DNA of 64,000 nucleotides from Takakia lepidozioides (Eukaryota; Plantae; Bryophyta): NCBI GenBank assembly GCA_030704615.1, contig CM060734.1, positions 6,944,001-7,008,000 on the forward strand, written 5' to 3'. Position 1 is the first letter of the stretch. Each line of letters begins with the position of its first letter. The position numbers and the translations under genes were made by a program. Shown here piece after piece: positions 36,618 to 49,673 of this stretch. The notes beneath the pieces were generated by a model. The model ran no database searches and had not been told where the DNA came from. It worked only from the letters and a program-made list of their open reading frames with translations.

Positions 36618-37441
36618 TGTTAGAGGGCTGTCTGGGACTTAGACAGTTTTACGGGTTCTGTGGGGTACCCTTAATTTTGCGCAGACCTACGGTGGTAGAC
36701 TCACCAATACAAACCTTATGGGTGACAGACACAGGCCTTAGGGGTGGTAGACAGGCTTACACAATCAGTGACAGTCTTACACAGTTAGACACAGCTTGAC
36801 ACAACCTGTCACAGCCTGACACAGCCTAACACGGTCAGTCACAGCCTTACACAGCCTATCACAGCCTATCACAGTCTATCACAACCTGACACAGCCAGTC
36901 ACAGTCTGACACGGCCAGTCACAGCTCGGCACAGTCATAGCCCGACACAGCTTGGCACAGCCCGTCACAGCGTTCACAGGGAACGATTATCATTGGCAGG
37001 GAATGATTGTGTGGGAACGACATCTGCAGAGGGAACGTGCATTCTGTCTTGGATGACAGTTAGTTAGTTAGGTGGTTAGAACAGCTTGCAGGTAGAATAG
37101 GCAGAGTAGCAACATGGAGGGGGTCACTTCTGAGATCGCTTCTTGGACATCACTTGAGGAGATCAGGCGGAGAGCACAGGGTTGGAGATTACACAGAGGA
37201 GGAGATACGACGAGATGATGCTTGATTCATGCAAGCTGTAGAGATGCACTGTAGAGAAGATTAGAGACACCATGGCTTCGGCCTGATACATGATAGATAT
37301 TAATATGATTCCTATTTCATATTCACACCGTGTAGAGAGATATGAGTGAAGCTGTGGAATGAATGCTTGAGTAGTTGGAACATGGTAGATTGCAGAAGCA
37401 ATCTGATACTTAATCATAGACAGTGAGGTAAATTGTTAACA
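36618..37441 (+). repeat. 3' LTR (about 824 bp) with internal 10-bp ACAGCCTGAC-type repeats
   Basis: PPT GGGGAGGGATAA, then TGTTA...TAACA inverted termini; partner LTR not found in the window. Confidence 0.7.
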
Positions 37442-38158
37442 TGAATGCAAGAAGGAATACAAATAGGAAGCACCCCCATGATACACTAGTTGTAGGTCAT
37501 GACTGATTGTTCTGAGCGGGCTGAGTACTTAGAGATTTCCAACTCTTCTATCTTGGAGTTTCCACCTCGGATAGCTAAGGGATGGGTGAGTAAAAGCCGC
37601 TCGACAAGGCAGTACACTGAAATGCAAACTTCATAATGTTGTTGCCAGTGGACACATACTTCTTGGTTTATCAAAATTCAAATCTCAGTTCTCTTGCTTT
37701 TTTCTCCGCTTCTTAAATATGAAAACAGCAGCAGGTTCAATCTGGGGTTTGCATTTTTTTATTGGGGCGAATGTCACACATTTTCTGTACCTACGCTACT
37801 TTATAATCCCATGGCTTCATAGGAAAGTGAGTTCGTGGTAATCTAGTAGTAGGATAGTATAGAATTTTGCTGGTTCTATATTTGTTAATCATGGTTGCCC
37901 GATTGTTGGAGGTTAATGCATAGTTTATGGCTTGTATGCATTGACCACAATCTTCTCCAAGCAATGACTTGTTCTTTGGAGTCTGGCTTTCACATCATTC
38001 TAGAAAGTTGCATGAGCAAAGTTTACATGCATGCTCAGCCTCATATGTACACAGACGAGCAGATTGCAGGTCACTCGCTAGGCAATTAGGTGGCATTGTC
38101 AGTACCGGTCGTGCCAATTAGGAACCCAAACTATCATTGGGGATGATGTGTGTTGCAG

Positions 38159-38246
38159 GAAATATAGTGTTGAAATTGCTCACAATGTGTCGACACTGAA
38201 GAGGAAAGCGAAAGTGGAGCGTGCTACACAGTGGAATGTTGCAGTG
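38159..38246 (+). pseudogene. RPL32: Fragment of 60S ribosomal protein L32 C-terminal exon
   Basis: KYSVEIAHNVSTLKRKAKVERATQWNVAV versus plant YCAEIAHNVSTKKRKxIVERAxQLDVVV; preceded by a TTGCAG acceptor. Confidence 0.8.
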
Positions 38247-40685
38247 CGAGCAAATCAAAGAGTCAAAGACCTGTCTCACAACTGTTGTGTTGTCTTATTC
38301 TACGATTGCTCTGATCAGTCTACCTTTCCCAAATGGCAAACATTGATTAAATCTTATCATGTGCTTCATGGGGGATTTTTCCCAAATTGTGACGTTTGTG
38401 CAAACGACATTGATCGTTGTGCTTGGTTCACATAAATGTTTGAATGACACCCTAGATGCCCGAGAGGCTGATTCCGGAAAACAGCCAGACCATGTTGTGT
38501 CATTATAGTACATCCTTCCTTTTTTACTCCATGTAAGCATTACTCAATTACATGGATCTTCAATGGCAATGTCTTCTCATTGCACTGGGCTCGGTGAGAT
38601 CTCGGCTTTGGTGTGGAAGGAAGGTAATGGGGTTCGGGTGCTATTGGAAGAAGGGTTGGGTATTATATCTTCTACTTATGAACCATGGTGAAAAGGTGCG
38701 CGCTCCTTCTTATCCACAATTTGTCGTCCAGCATTCAGCCATTATCATTCATTTGCAAGATTTCATCCACATTCATCCATATTCTGAGCGTGTCATCCAC
38801 ATTGATTCTCCTTCATTCAAATTCTTAGTCTTGTTGTCTTTTTTAGATCTCCAGGTAACCGTGTCGCTACTTTACCCAGATCTCCACACTTAGCCATGGC
38901 CGCCGCCATGGATTCTGCTCCCGAACTTGGTGCTCTTGGCACGAGGTGGTCTCGCCGCCTCAGTCTCCTCCTTCTCTAGCAATACCTCTTACTGCTGCTC
39001 CACTACGCTTCTTTTAAGCTCTATCATGGTTCTTTTAGAATGGAATTCACCAACCTATACCCATCGAAAGGTGCTCCGGGATGTCTTCTAGGTACTCCAA
39101 CTTGAGCTTTCCACAAGAGCGTCGGCTTCTACCGAAGCAGGCTCTCACGGAGCATCCGCGATACCCTCCCATTCAGGCTAGTTGGTTCATGTTTGTTAAA
39201 AATCTTCTTATGTGGTTTCTTATGACCTTCAAGCATGGCTACGGAATGCTCTGCTGCGGCTCCCTTATGAGACTCTGGAACCCGTTTCACGTTCTATGCT
39301 GGAACTTCATCAAGACCTACGTTATTCCTTCACACCAAGGCCCTATCCCCTCCTGCTCGGAGGGGCTGCGGATCTAGGGTGGCTTGCCCTACAGGCTTAC
39401 TCAACGTGCTGAGAGGATTGGCCTCATCATCGTTCTCACTCTAATGTTGACTTCTACTGCAACCCCTGTGCACACTGAGCTGCTGCTCAAGACGTGCAAC
39501 CACATTGTTTTTAGCTCATGGCTTAACCATTCAACCCTTCATCAAGTGGATTGCATCTAGTACAACGAGCGCCCCTTCACTTGCTACTCTGCACCAACAT
39601 ACTCGTCTACTCATAATCTCGACATCTTGCTAAAGACCATTCTCCAGCTTCAAGGCCTACTCAACAAAGACCGATGGTAGCAGACTACCCACGTGCACTT
39701 CTACTCAAGCCTCCCTAGGGAATGGCTGCAGTCTGTGGATTCCAAGCCTATTATACTCCACAATCCACTTCCATCATCAAGGAGAGATTCAATTCCCAGA
39801 TAATCCACTCTGAATGATTTGGATGCAACGACACCGGTGCAACTGGCAACATTCTCGCTTACAGATGTGCAGCGGAATAAGTATGCAGTAAGGCCGCTCA
39901 ATTTCCAGCACCTCCGTTGTTGTCTTGTGACTGGCTGAAGGGTGATCCAGCAGCTGAAAGGGATGCAACTCACAGCTCAAATTTGCTACTTCCCTGCGAT
40001 GAAATCACCTATCCTGTCTGTTTTGGCAAGGGAGACCCTCATTTTCAACACTATCGTTACTACCGTCAACCCCCTGGAGTAGTTCCCCCAACGCCAGCCC
40101 GTGACCAGCCAACCAGCTAAGTCCCAGCTTCCCCCAACTCTCTGTGAAGACCCATGTGGTGGTGTGGTGTGGCAAACAACAGGAGATCCTACTTGGTGTA
40201 TGCCGGAGAACCTTGTTTCATTTCAAAACAGGGACTGGTTGCAGTATGTGGATTCCAAGCCCATTATGCTTTACAATCCACTCCTAGCACCAAATTTGTC
40301 CAGGAGTGATTCAATATTCAGATATGCCAGCATTGCAGCTCCTAGTTACTACCACCACTTCAACTCTTTCAATATGTCATCGCAGATGAAGACATTGGCA
40401 GATTATGTGTACACAACATCAGCTATCACAACTGAAGTTTGAAATGTGCCATGTTCCCAAATCTCTTCAAGGACAGATACCTACCGTGGGCCTTAAGTTT
40501 GACGAAGCTACTTTACAACTCATTGCTGGACAATGGCTGGATGCTGAGCCTTTTTGGCAAGGTACCCAGTCCAAAAATCCTTGTTTCAAGCTGGCCCCTT
40601 TGGCTTCAGGGCTTCCCATGGGGCGGATCTCCCTCGCAGTCGCCCTCTCATTCAATACCTTAAGTGTGTTGTCATCCTTCAAAGG

Positions 40686-40880
40686 TATGGCTGTCAGGTC
40701 ATTCAGAAGGCATTGGAGGTGGCAGATGTGGATCAATAGACACGGGTTTCAGAGCTGGATGGACATGTCATGCGTTATGTTCAAGGCCAAAATGGAAACC
40801 ATCTGATCCAGAAATGCATTGATTGTGTATCCCCGGACATAATCCATTTTATAATTTCTTCCTGCGTCTATGGGCAGGTT
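40686..40880 (+). pseudogene. Pumilio (PUF) repeat fragment
   Basis: YGCQVIQKALEV...[26 protein letters not shown] versus [39 protein letters not shown]; contains a stop. Confidence 0.85.
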
Positions 40881-41315
40881 ATCCACTACAGGGGTTACCA
40901 CACTCACAGCTACACTCGGTCCGGCTTCCATATTTCCTACTTCCGCCTCATGCTTGATTCGTAACTGGCATTCATGTTTCCAGTGTCCCTCTTTCTTGCA
41001 GTAGTGGCATCTCGTGATTTCTTTGTTTCTGGGTTGATGTTCTCTATCATGTGGTGGATAGTCATCTCGTGGCCTCTGATAACGATTACCCATATTGTAT
41101 CGTCTTGGTCCATCCGATCCTCCCTGTCGGATTTGGATTTGGTGTACCCCCACCTCTCGTGTGTACCCACTCTTCTTGGCCCGTTGATTGTATATACAAT
41201 GGCTGGTATTATGATTGTTCATATGACAAATATCACAGTATTTGTCTTTCACGTGGCATTCCGTTGCCAAGTGCCCTGCAGTCCCACATTTGTAGCTCTC
41301 CATCTGCCCTCTCAA
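40881..41315 (-). pseudogene. gag fragment with three zinc knuckles
   Basis: YKCGTAGHLATEC, CDICHMNNHNTSHC, CHYCKKEGHWKHEC. Confidence 0.75.
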
Positions 41316-41323
41316 CTACTCCA

Positions 41324-43282
41324 AGAGAGAGAGAGAGAGAGAAGACTCCGGCCAAAGCCGGCGTAACTAAGAGCCACTTCGCCTTACGGCTACTGCCCCC
41401 TTTCGGGGGTGGGCCCTATAAAGAGAACAAGTGTCCAGGGGAGGTAGTAAATATGGTAGCGGTGCCTAGGATACCCGGGGATGCCGCAGAGGGGTTGGAC
41501 TCGAGGTGTCGCTTATTGGTGAAGATGGCAGTGAGGGAGCGGAGCGCTGTGAGGTGGAGGGCTTTAAAGCATTTGTGGATCGAGGGGATAGGGATTTGAA
41601 GATTGTCGTGTAGCGCGTTTATACTGGCGATATGAATCCCACCTCTAGTACTAGCTGTGATAATTGATAGGGGGCCGGTGCGCCACCCACGCTGGCAGAT
41701 GGCGAGGAGGAGGGAGGCATATTTTTGTCGTTTCTCTAGGGTGGAGGGGGCTGGGTAGCGGTCATTACAGTATGTGAATTCAACGAAGTGAATGGTTAAT
41801 TCTGGGGAAGGGGAATTGGGTAGGGGGGCATTGATGGGTAAGCCTTGGACAAGTAGGATATCCGGGCAGAGCCGAGAGGGACAGGTACAGGGTGAGTGAT
41901 GACAAATACATGGAAGTATCCAGTGAGGGGCAGTGTGGTCAGGGGGTCGGCCTTGGTAGGTACCAGCATTGATGAGTGAGAACCATCTGTTTTATGATCT
42001 GGACATGAGAAGTTTATGGATGTGCCAAACTGCGTGATTATGGCGGTGATGCGGAGACCATGTATAACGGGGTGAATACACTGACTAAGGAGGTGGGGCC
42101 GGGTGTCACGTACTGTATGTGTATGTGAGCATAACGGGCAGTTGGGGGATGGGAATAGGCGTGGCCAAAAGATGTGCTTGCGTTGGTGTCCCATGTATTG
42201 GGCGTAACGAAATTTGAGCGTTTGTTGGATTTGCTCGTCGGTGACAGTCTTGGTGTGCCATAAGTAGTTTGACAATTTGTGGTGAAGAACTGTAGATTGT
42301 GTCCATTTTTGGATATGGGCTTTGGTATGGCTGATAGAGGCTGAGGCTTGTTTATGTGCTTCGCGTGTGAGAGTGGATTTTAGGTTACGTATGGGTAGTA
42401 GGGGGTCCTGGTACTGGGTGAATTAGCCAGAATGGGTGAGTGTGAGCAATATGGATGGGGTCGGCCGTGGGATCCAATGGGGGTTGGGCGGCCCCTGCCT
42501 GGGCGAGGAGGTCTGCGTTTTCGTTACCGGTGATACCAGTGTGGGAGCGAACTTTGAGAAAGTGTATGGGGGTGATTAATGGAAGCCGCACGGTTAATGA
42601 TAGCTGCAATGAGGTTCCGGTCTGGGTGGTGGAGGTGGCAGGAGGGGCTGGAGAGGTGGTTGCAGAGAAGAAATAGTGAGGTAAGGCTGTCTGTGAAAAT
42701 GTAGTATGGGGGGAGAAGGAGAGTGCTTCAAAGATTGCCATAAGCTCAACGCATAATATAGTGGCTGGGCCTGGAAGTCTAAGAGCTACCCCACGATTAT
42801 TAGCAGCGTGAAAAACACCGTAGCCAGCGTTAGAGCCGGATTGGGAGCCATCTGTATAGTGGGAGTGTGAGGGAGAAAATTTGAGCGGCAGACGTAGATG
42901 TGAGACCGGTGGGTCAGTAGGGGGTGGGAGAGGGGCAGGAGGAGGGCGCGGTAGCGCCCTTATCCAGGCCTTGCTTGGGTTGACTCTGGGAAATAGGGTG
43001 GGTAAAGAGCAAGATGTAGAGGGAAGATGATGTGTGTTGGGGGTAATGGAGACTTTCATCCCCCATGTGCATACGAGTCAGTAGTGTAAGGTAGAGGGGA
43101 GGGTAATGGGCGTGGAGGTGGGATGGGTGTGTTGGATAAGTAGAAGTGACGTAGTGGTGGATTCTAAGCGTCGGAGGTATTTAGGGGAGGGGAGGTTGTG
43201 TTTGTATAGTAGCTAGTTTGGTTCAAAGGTGGCTAGAAGGGTGACGCCATGGGGGAGTTGAAGAAGGGGGTGGGGGTTGTCT
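41324..43282 (-). mobile_element. LINE copy 2, 3' part: RNase H, CCHC, restriction-like endonuclease, structured 3' UTR, (CT)n tail
   Basis: HYTDGS...KVRSHTGITGNENAD; CPLC..H...C; RHN; PDILL...FVEFTY...KRQKY (PD-(D/E)xK-type RLE). Confidence 0.9.
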
Positions 43283-46200
43283 CACTACAACAAATGGGGG
43301 GGGTTTGCGACGCCAGGCCGTCGCAGCCAAACCCCGCGGGTCGCCACCTGGCCATCGCACGGGTTGATGAAGGGCAAATGGCAGCCCTTCCATGCGACAC
43401 CCAAGCGTCACCCCCCAGCGAAGGGCAGAAGGCAGCCATTTCTGGCGACGGCCGGTTGTCGCACGCCGAAAAAAAAAACTCTTTCTTGCCCTTTCTTTCA
43501 TCGCAGCCCTTTCTTGCGACGCCAGGCCGTCGCATGGTGGCATGAATGGAAAAAGGCCCCTGCGATGGCCGGGCGTCGCAAACTACCCGGTTGCCCTATT
43601 CTTGGAAAACCAAAAAATAGGTCACAGTTTGCGACGGCTGGCCATCGCCGTTTGCGACCCCAGGCCTCATAAATCCATTCAAAAAAATCGCAGTTGGCGA
43701 CGGTTGGCCGTCGCCATTTGCGACCCCTGGCCTCATAGATCCTAAAAACCGCGTCGCAAGTGGCGACGTGTGGGGGTCGCAGGAAGCGATGGCACGACTT
43801 TCTAGGTTTAGGTTTAGGGCCTTTGGGGGTTCTTAGTTTTTTTTTTTTTTTTTTTTTTTTTTCATATGGTACTGGGGTAGGGTGTTTGTTTTTCTTTATG
43901 GTTTAGCTTGTTGCTGTGGACCTTCTTGTAGATTGTGACATTCATTTTGATAATTCTCTTGATACCACATCTGTATGTGTTGCTCCAACATACTCATTGT
44001 CTCTGCCTTCTTTCTTGAAAGACTACTAGCCACAGCCATATTTGATCAATCATAGAAATAAAGTACAATATGCATGTACATGTACAATCAATCGAAGGGA
44101 TGGGTTCAATTCGGTGCGAGAATTGTTATGTAGCTTTGATTTTGTGTCTAATCAACTTGAACATCATCATCCGGAGCTTCTTCATCTTCATCAAGCTGCA
44201 AGTCTTCTTGGTCATCAGAGTAATCGACATAAATGGCCCGGCCCTCAAAAGGCACCTCCGAATCATCCTCCACCTCATTGTCAATGGCCGTGTCTTCGTC
44301 TCTTTCTCCAACATCCGTATCTTCTAGAGCTTCATCATATAGGGTCCATGATGCATTGTCTGGGGCGTCATCATCCTCTTCTACCCCCTCTACCCAACCT
44401 CCATCATTAGCATCATTATGACCAGTCTCTCCATCCACCGCAATTGTCTCACCCCATGGAGATCCGAGACCATGATAGATACGTCTTCCTCTTGGCTGAA
44501 CATGCAAAACCACCTTCCAATTCCCCCCTCTTGTTTTGTCATCGGAGAAGAAAACTTGCTCCATGTTTGAAGGCCGTGAAAAAGGCTCATCGGAGGGACG
44601 ATGAGTAGGGTTGAGCCTATCTGCATTGACGCGCATGAAACCACAATCATCTTGCACTAGTGTTGCGGAGGGCCCCACAAGATGTGGCTGGAACCACCTT
44701 CCCTTGAAGAGAAGAGGCCGGTACCTTGTATACTGAAGTTGGAGTATGCTCTCAAGCTCTCCAATGTACTCAAGTTTGCTCATAGCAGGTCGTGTATCTC
44801 CCTTGCCCCACACGGAGTCTTGCCAATATGTTGCACACAAGCCAGAATCAAAGGTTGTTTTGCACTTCATGTCAAGAGCACGAATGCGGAAATGACGACC
44901 GTGAACCCAAACCGCCGTGTATGAGGTCGCGAATTGAGAGGGGCCCCTTGCAATGTCTTGCACCAAATCTGAAACCACCTCTCCTTGAGCAACGGCATCA
45001 TAAACTGAAGTTCGGAGCCACTGTTGGAATGAACTTAGAGGCTGCAATTCCATGGGCAAATTTTGTGAAGGAACATTCCGGCGGCCCATTGCTCGTCCTG
45101 GGCGTCTAGTAACCGGCCTTGGATGGTTCCGCCTCCATGCAAACGTCTCCTCCTCTCGTTGCTGAACAAGATTATTGTATCTTGCCTCCCACTCATGTAT
45201 GGATGGGGTGTTCTTCAATATGAAGTCATGCGCTTGCTCAATCACCAAGGTCGGCAATTTTACCCTCTTCGATTTTTTGGGCAAAACAATGTCATTGGTT
45301 CGTGCATCCTCCTCTTCCTTCCACATCCGAGGGGCTTCCTCATCCACCCTTGCCATGTACTACGTGCAATAGAACATAGCTTCTTGCAATGTATACCCCT
45401 CTGCCATGCTACCCTCCGGGTGTGCCATTTGTCTTACAAATCCTTTCAAAGTCTTCATATAACGCTCAAAGAAGTACATCCACCGAGAATGAACGGGGCC
45501 GACAATCGAAGCCTCTTCCACTAAGTGCACTACCAAGTGCACTTGGATGTCAAAGAAGGAGGGAGGAAGGTGCATCTCCAACATACACATTACCTCCGCC
45601 GCCTCATTCTTCATGCGTGGAAAATCTACTTCTTCCAACTCTTTGGAGCAAATCCACCGGAACAAGCCTCCCATCTATAGATTGTCTCACAAACCTCGGG
45701 AGTCAATGTCCCACGTCCTGCAATGGGAAAGATGTCTTGCAATAGATTGTGGTAGTCATGAGACTTCAAACCATGGACCCCGTCTTCTTCGTTGAACTTC
45801 GTACGGAGGGATGACCCATAACCAGTTGGTGTTTGGACATCACTTATGGTGGCTATCACTTTATTGTATTCCTCCTTTGTCCATTGCCAAGGTGCGCGCC
45901 TATACTTCCACCGTACAACACCCTTTGGGTCCACACCATTTTGTTCAGTCCATAGATGGCGCATGCAACCCTGCTCCTCAAGCTCCTTTCTAACACCAAG
46001 AGAATCAGCCACTCCCTTCTTTGCCGGCGTGCCATGAAGAACCCGATAAAGGGACGAGCAGACATTCTTCTCAATATGCATGGGATCTAGAAGATGGCAA
46101 ATCTTCAGGTCCTACATATATCCCCACCCACAAAGACTTACACAATTTTTTTTACGTGAAAGTGACAATGCAACGCATACCAAATGTGCAATATCACATG

Positions 46201-48668
46201 CATGCATAGGGATATTGACGGTGTTTTTGTGGAATATGTACCGCCCAATATGGCAACTCGTAGAAGATTGAAAGTCGTTTCATGCCGGGGACGTCCACTT
46301 CACCGTCCGTGCCCGCATGGGCCTCCTTCCATCGGTCCTCCCAAAACTGCCCGGACGGTGTCATAGGGGGGGGACGTACTTCCTCTTTGCCATCAAACAA
46401 GTGTTTCTCTCTTCTTCTCCATCGATGGCTCATAGGAAGAAATTTGCGGTAGTTGGGATACACCATTTTGTGAAGATGGCGGGAGCTATGTGCATCAAGA
46501 TCATTGCCACAATGCAAGCATGCATGGTACCCTTTGGTGCTTAGCCCCGAGCAAACAGTTAGTCATGTACTACACATCCCGCCACATTAGCAAAAACAAA
46601 AAGTTGTCATGTGCATGGCCCATAATGCCATCTACCCCACTACGGTGCACAAGACTGTCGCCGCTACTTCAATCAATCCCAATCCTCATCGATATTATCC
46701 GGCATTGACAAGTGAATGTACGCGGGTTGTTCATGGGGAATATAATATACCTAGATAATCATGCATTGTCCAAAGCAAGATGTCTTTCATCTGAAAAGAT
46801 TGTCCAGCTATAGGGTCAAGTGAAGCATCCAATGCCGGGACCCCCCTCCATAGCTCCTTAAGTTCATCAACAAGAGGTCGCAAGTACGTGTCCATGTTTG
46901 CCACTTGTTTTTTAGGTTTACTATTTCATGAGCAGAAACCATGAGCCATGAGCCATGAGCCACATGAGCGGTGAGCCGAAGTCTAAGACACGCGGATTTC
47001 ATGAGCGGACTCCTCCAAATTTGGAAATGCAGCAGATTAAACAAGTATTAAAATAATAGTTTTTTATTTGACCTTGCTGTTTTTGGAAGTTCCAGATCCT
47101 GTAATGCGTCAAAGATACGTCGTCAGTAACAAGTCCGCTCATGGAAATGAGTGACCGTGCAACGAGAAATCCAATATACCACGGCAAAAGGACGTCGCAT
47201 ACTGGCCTTTATAGAGTATTCCGCGGTTTTACATGCCTTAACATTGGAATGAAGCTGACCCTTTTGCCGCGATTGAACCAATAGAGTCTGCACTAATAGA
47301 GTCTGCAGTACTTCACAATTCTGTCATCTTCGGGTATTCGGCGGGAAAGGTTTGCGACTCAACTGGGAAATGTGGTGTCGCATTAGGGTTCGCACGTGCG
47401 AAATTTCTGGGGGGTTTGGTGTTGGCGACGGTCGGCTCCCTGAAGGCTGGGTGCGACTATCTTGCTATGACGAAGGCCGCATCTACCAGTACCCACGACG
47501 TTACTTGGAAATGCGGCGCCGCATTTCCTTGCCGGGGGTCGAATGAGGAAAGGAAAGTTTGGGAGAGCAGAAAAACAGGAACCCTCCAACAAACAAAAAT
47601 ACAAGCACGTCGAAACAGAAGTGAATGACATAGTATTATCTTAGTTCGAGCAAAACAGGTTACTGGTAGGCAAGACATAAGTCGGACCTTTCTGTGGCCA
47701 GAGTCGGAGGTACTTACAGCAGTACAGTTCTACTATCCGAAAAGAATGGGCGTACCATTGTGTGGGGACCGCAAGCCAAGCTCATTCGTCCCCTGGATCC
47801 ATATTCATAAGAGTGTGCACCTCTTGGGGGCTCAACCCTGGTGCATGTAGGGTTTTCCGACCGGCACTTCTTTGCCTACGAGGAGGACACATCCGTCTGG
47901 GGATCCCATCTGGAAGGGCTTCAACGGAATGTGAAGGCTCCCATCGAAGCCAAAGATTCCTCGGATTCGTCGGAGTCGGAGGAAGAGACAGTGGACATTG
48001 ATGCCGAGGAGAACCCGGAATACGAGTGAGTGCAAACATTGTAAGTTTGCAAAGCCTTCTGGGTGATTTTTTGTCAAACGCATTTCCGGACTGTGGTTCT
48101 CATTGGTCTCGTGGGTGATTGTTATGTGCAGGATTCCAGGATCTGGGTCGAAACATGTAGGGCCTACACTTCCTGCCAGGAAGAATGTCCCGTTCTTTGC
48201 GAGGGCCGACTTCATGACGACCCCGGTGAAGGACTACTCCCTTCCTAGTTATGCAGCTAAACTCGCAAATACAGCGATTAGACGATGTGAGAATCCCAGT
48301 AAAGTAGAGCAGATTTTGGGGAGGACTAGGGAGGACAAAAGGATAGAGCGATGCAGACAGGGAGGACGACGACCCAACGGATGTGAGATGGTCGGTTCCG
48401 CAAAGGGAAGATGGGATTTTCGAAAGCCTGGCCAACGAGCAGTCCGCTGGACATGAGAAAAGCAATGACGGGGTGGAGGCGGAGCAGAACAGTCAAGGAC
48501 AGGACGACGATAGTGATGATTTTCAAGATTAGTAGAATTTTAATGAACTCTCTGTACATTTAAATTCTCTTCCAGATTATATAAAGGAAATTCTCTCCGT
48601 CCTTGATGTCCCCTCTCCCATGTGCTTCTCAACGACACCATCGTCCAAACCACGTCCCTCCCAAAATC

Positions 48669-49398
48669 GGAAATGCGGCACCGCATTTCCAAAACCGGGG
48701 CAAGAACAATTTTCCGTTTCATGGTTTGGACATCAGAAATTGTTCGGCCGAACGGAAATGCAGTGCCGCATTTTCGTTTTCGACATGGCAGTTTTGCCGA
48801 TTGCCAGCTCCTTCCATGGAGGTAAATGGAAATGCCACCCCGCATGCGGAGGTCGAACACGTTATTTAAATGGTGGACATGGAAATGCGGTGCCGCATTT
48901 CCATTTTGGAGATGGACGTTTTTCCAACTCCAGACCCATCGACGAAATTGCAGCTCCACATTCCATGATTCTAGACGGGAATGCGGCACCGCATTCCATT
49001 GTCCAATAAGAAATTTTGATGACGTACATGGAAATGCGGCGCCGCATTTCCAGAACGGACATCGTTGTTTGTCCAATTCCAGACCCTTGGACGGAAATGC
49101 GGCACCGCATTCCATTGTCCAATAAAAACTTTCGATTGCCAAACATGGAAATGCGGCGCCGCATTTCCAAAACAGACATCGTTGATTGTCCAATTCCAGA
49201 CCCTTCGACGGAAATGCGGCACCGCATTCCATTGTCCAATAAGAAAATTTGATGACGGACATGGAAATGCGGTGCCGCATTTCCAATTCATGTCAAGAAA
49301 TGAAATGCGGTACAACATATCCGTTACGACCACAACGGAGGAAAGGGAGCTGCCAGAAATCGCTACATGGAGAAAATGAAATGCGGTCCCGAATTTCC
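48669..49398. repeat. Array of about 13 copies of palindrome GGAAATGCGGCGCCGCATTTCC, core arranged as 116-117-bp dimers
   Basis: Copies at about 48669, 48754, 48881, 48977, 49030, 49093, 49147, 49210, 49263 and others; outliers at 47507 and about 50537. Confidence 0.92.
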
Positions 49399-49673
49399 GA
49401 GCTTCAGCATGTACATGTTTCCTTTTACTCATACATGGATTTCCTTCACCTCGGGACTCTGATATTGCTGACTTTGGTATATTCATGTGGACAGACACAT
49501 TGTAGAAATGAGACCACAAATTGTAAACAGTGGGCCAATTACGACAGTTCTTGAACACATTGAAACAGAGCACACAGAAGTGAGGTACGATGGGTTGTTT
49601 TATTGATCGAACACGGTGTCTCACATTTAGCAACTCCAGACAAATCTAAGCCCTTCCTCCTTCTACATGGGCG

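Noticed and set aside
41343-41420. Hammerhead ribozyme in the LINE 3' UTR
   Set aside because: A stem plus GAA is present, but the CUGANGA core is missing.
48669-49398. CRISPR-like array of spaced palindromes
   Set aside because: Spacers repeat with 117-bp periodicity, there are no cas genes, and the context is a eukaryotic TE.
48540-49633. Multiple overlapping ORFs with WKCGAAFP/MEMRRRIS repeats
   Set aside because: Artefacts of the palindrome array, giving similar peptides on both strands.
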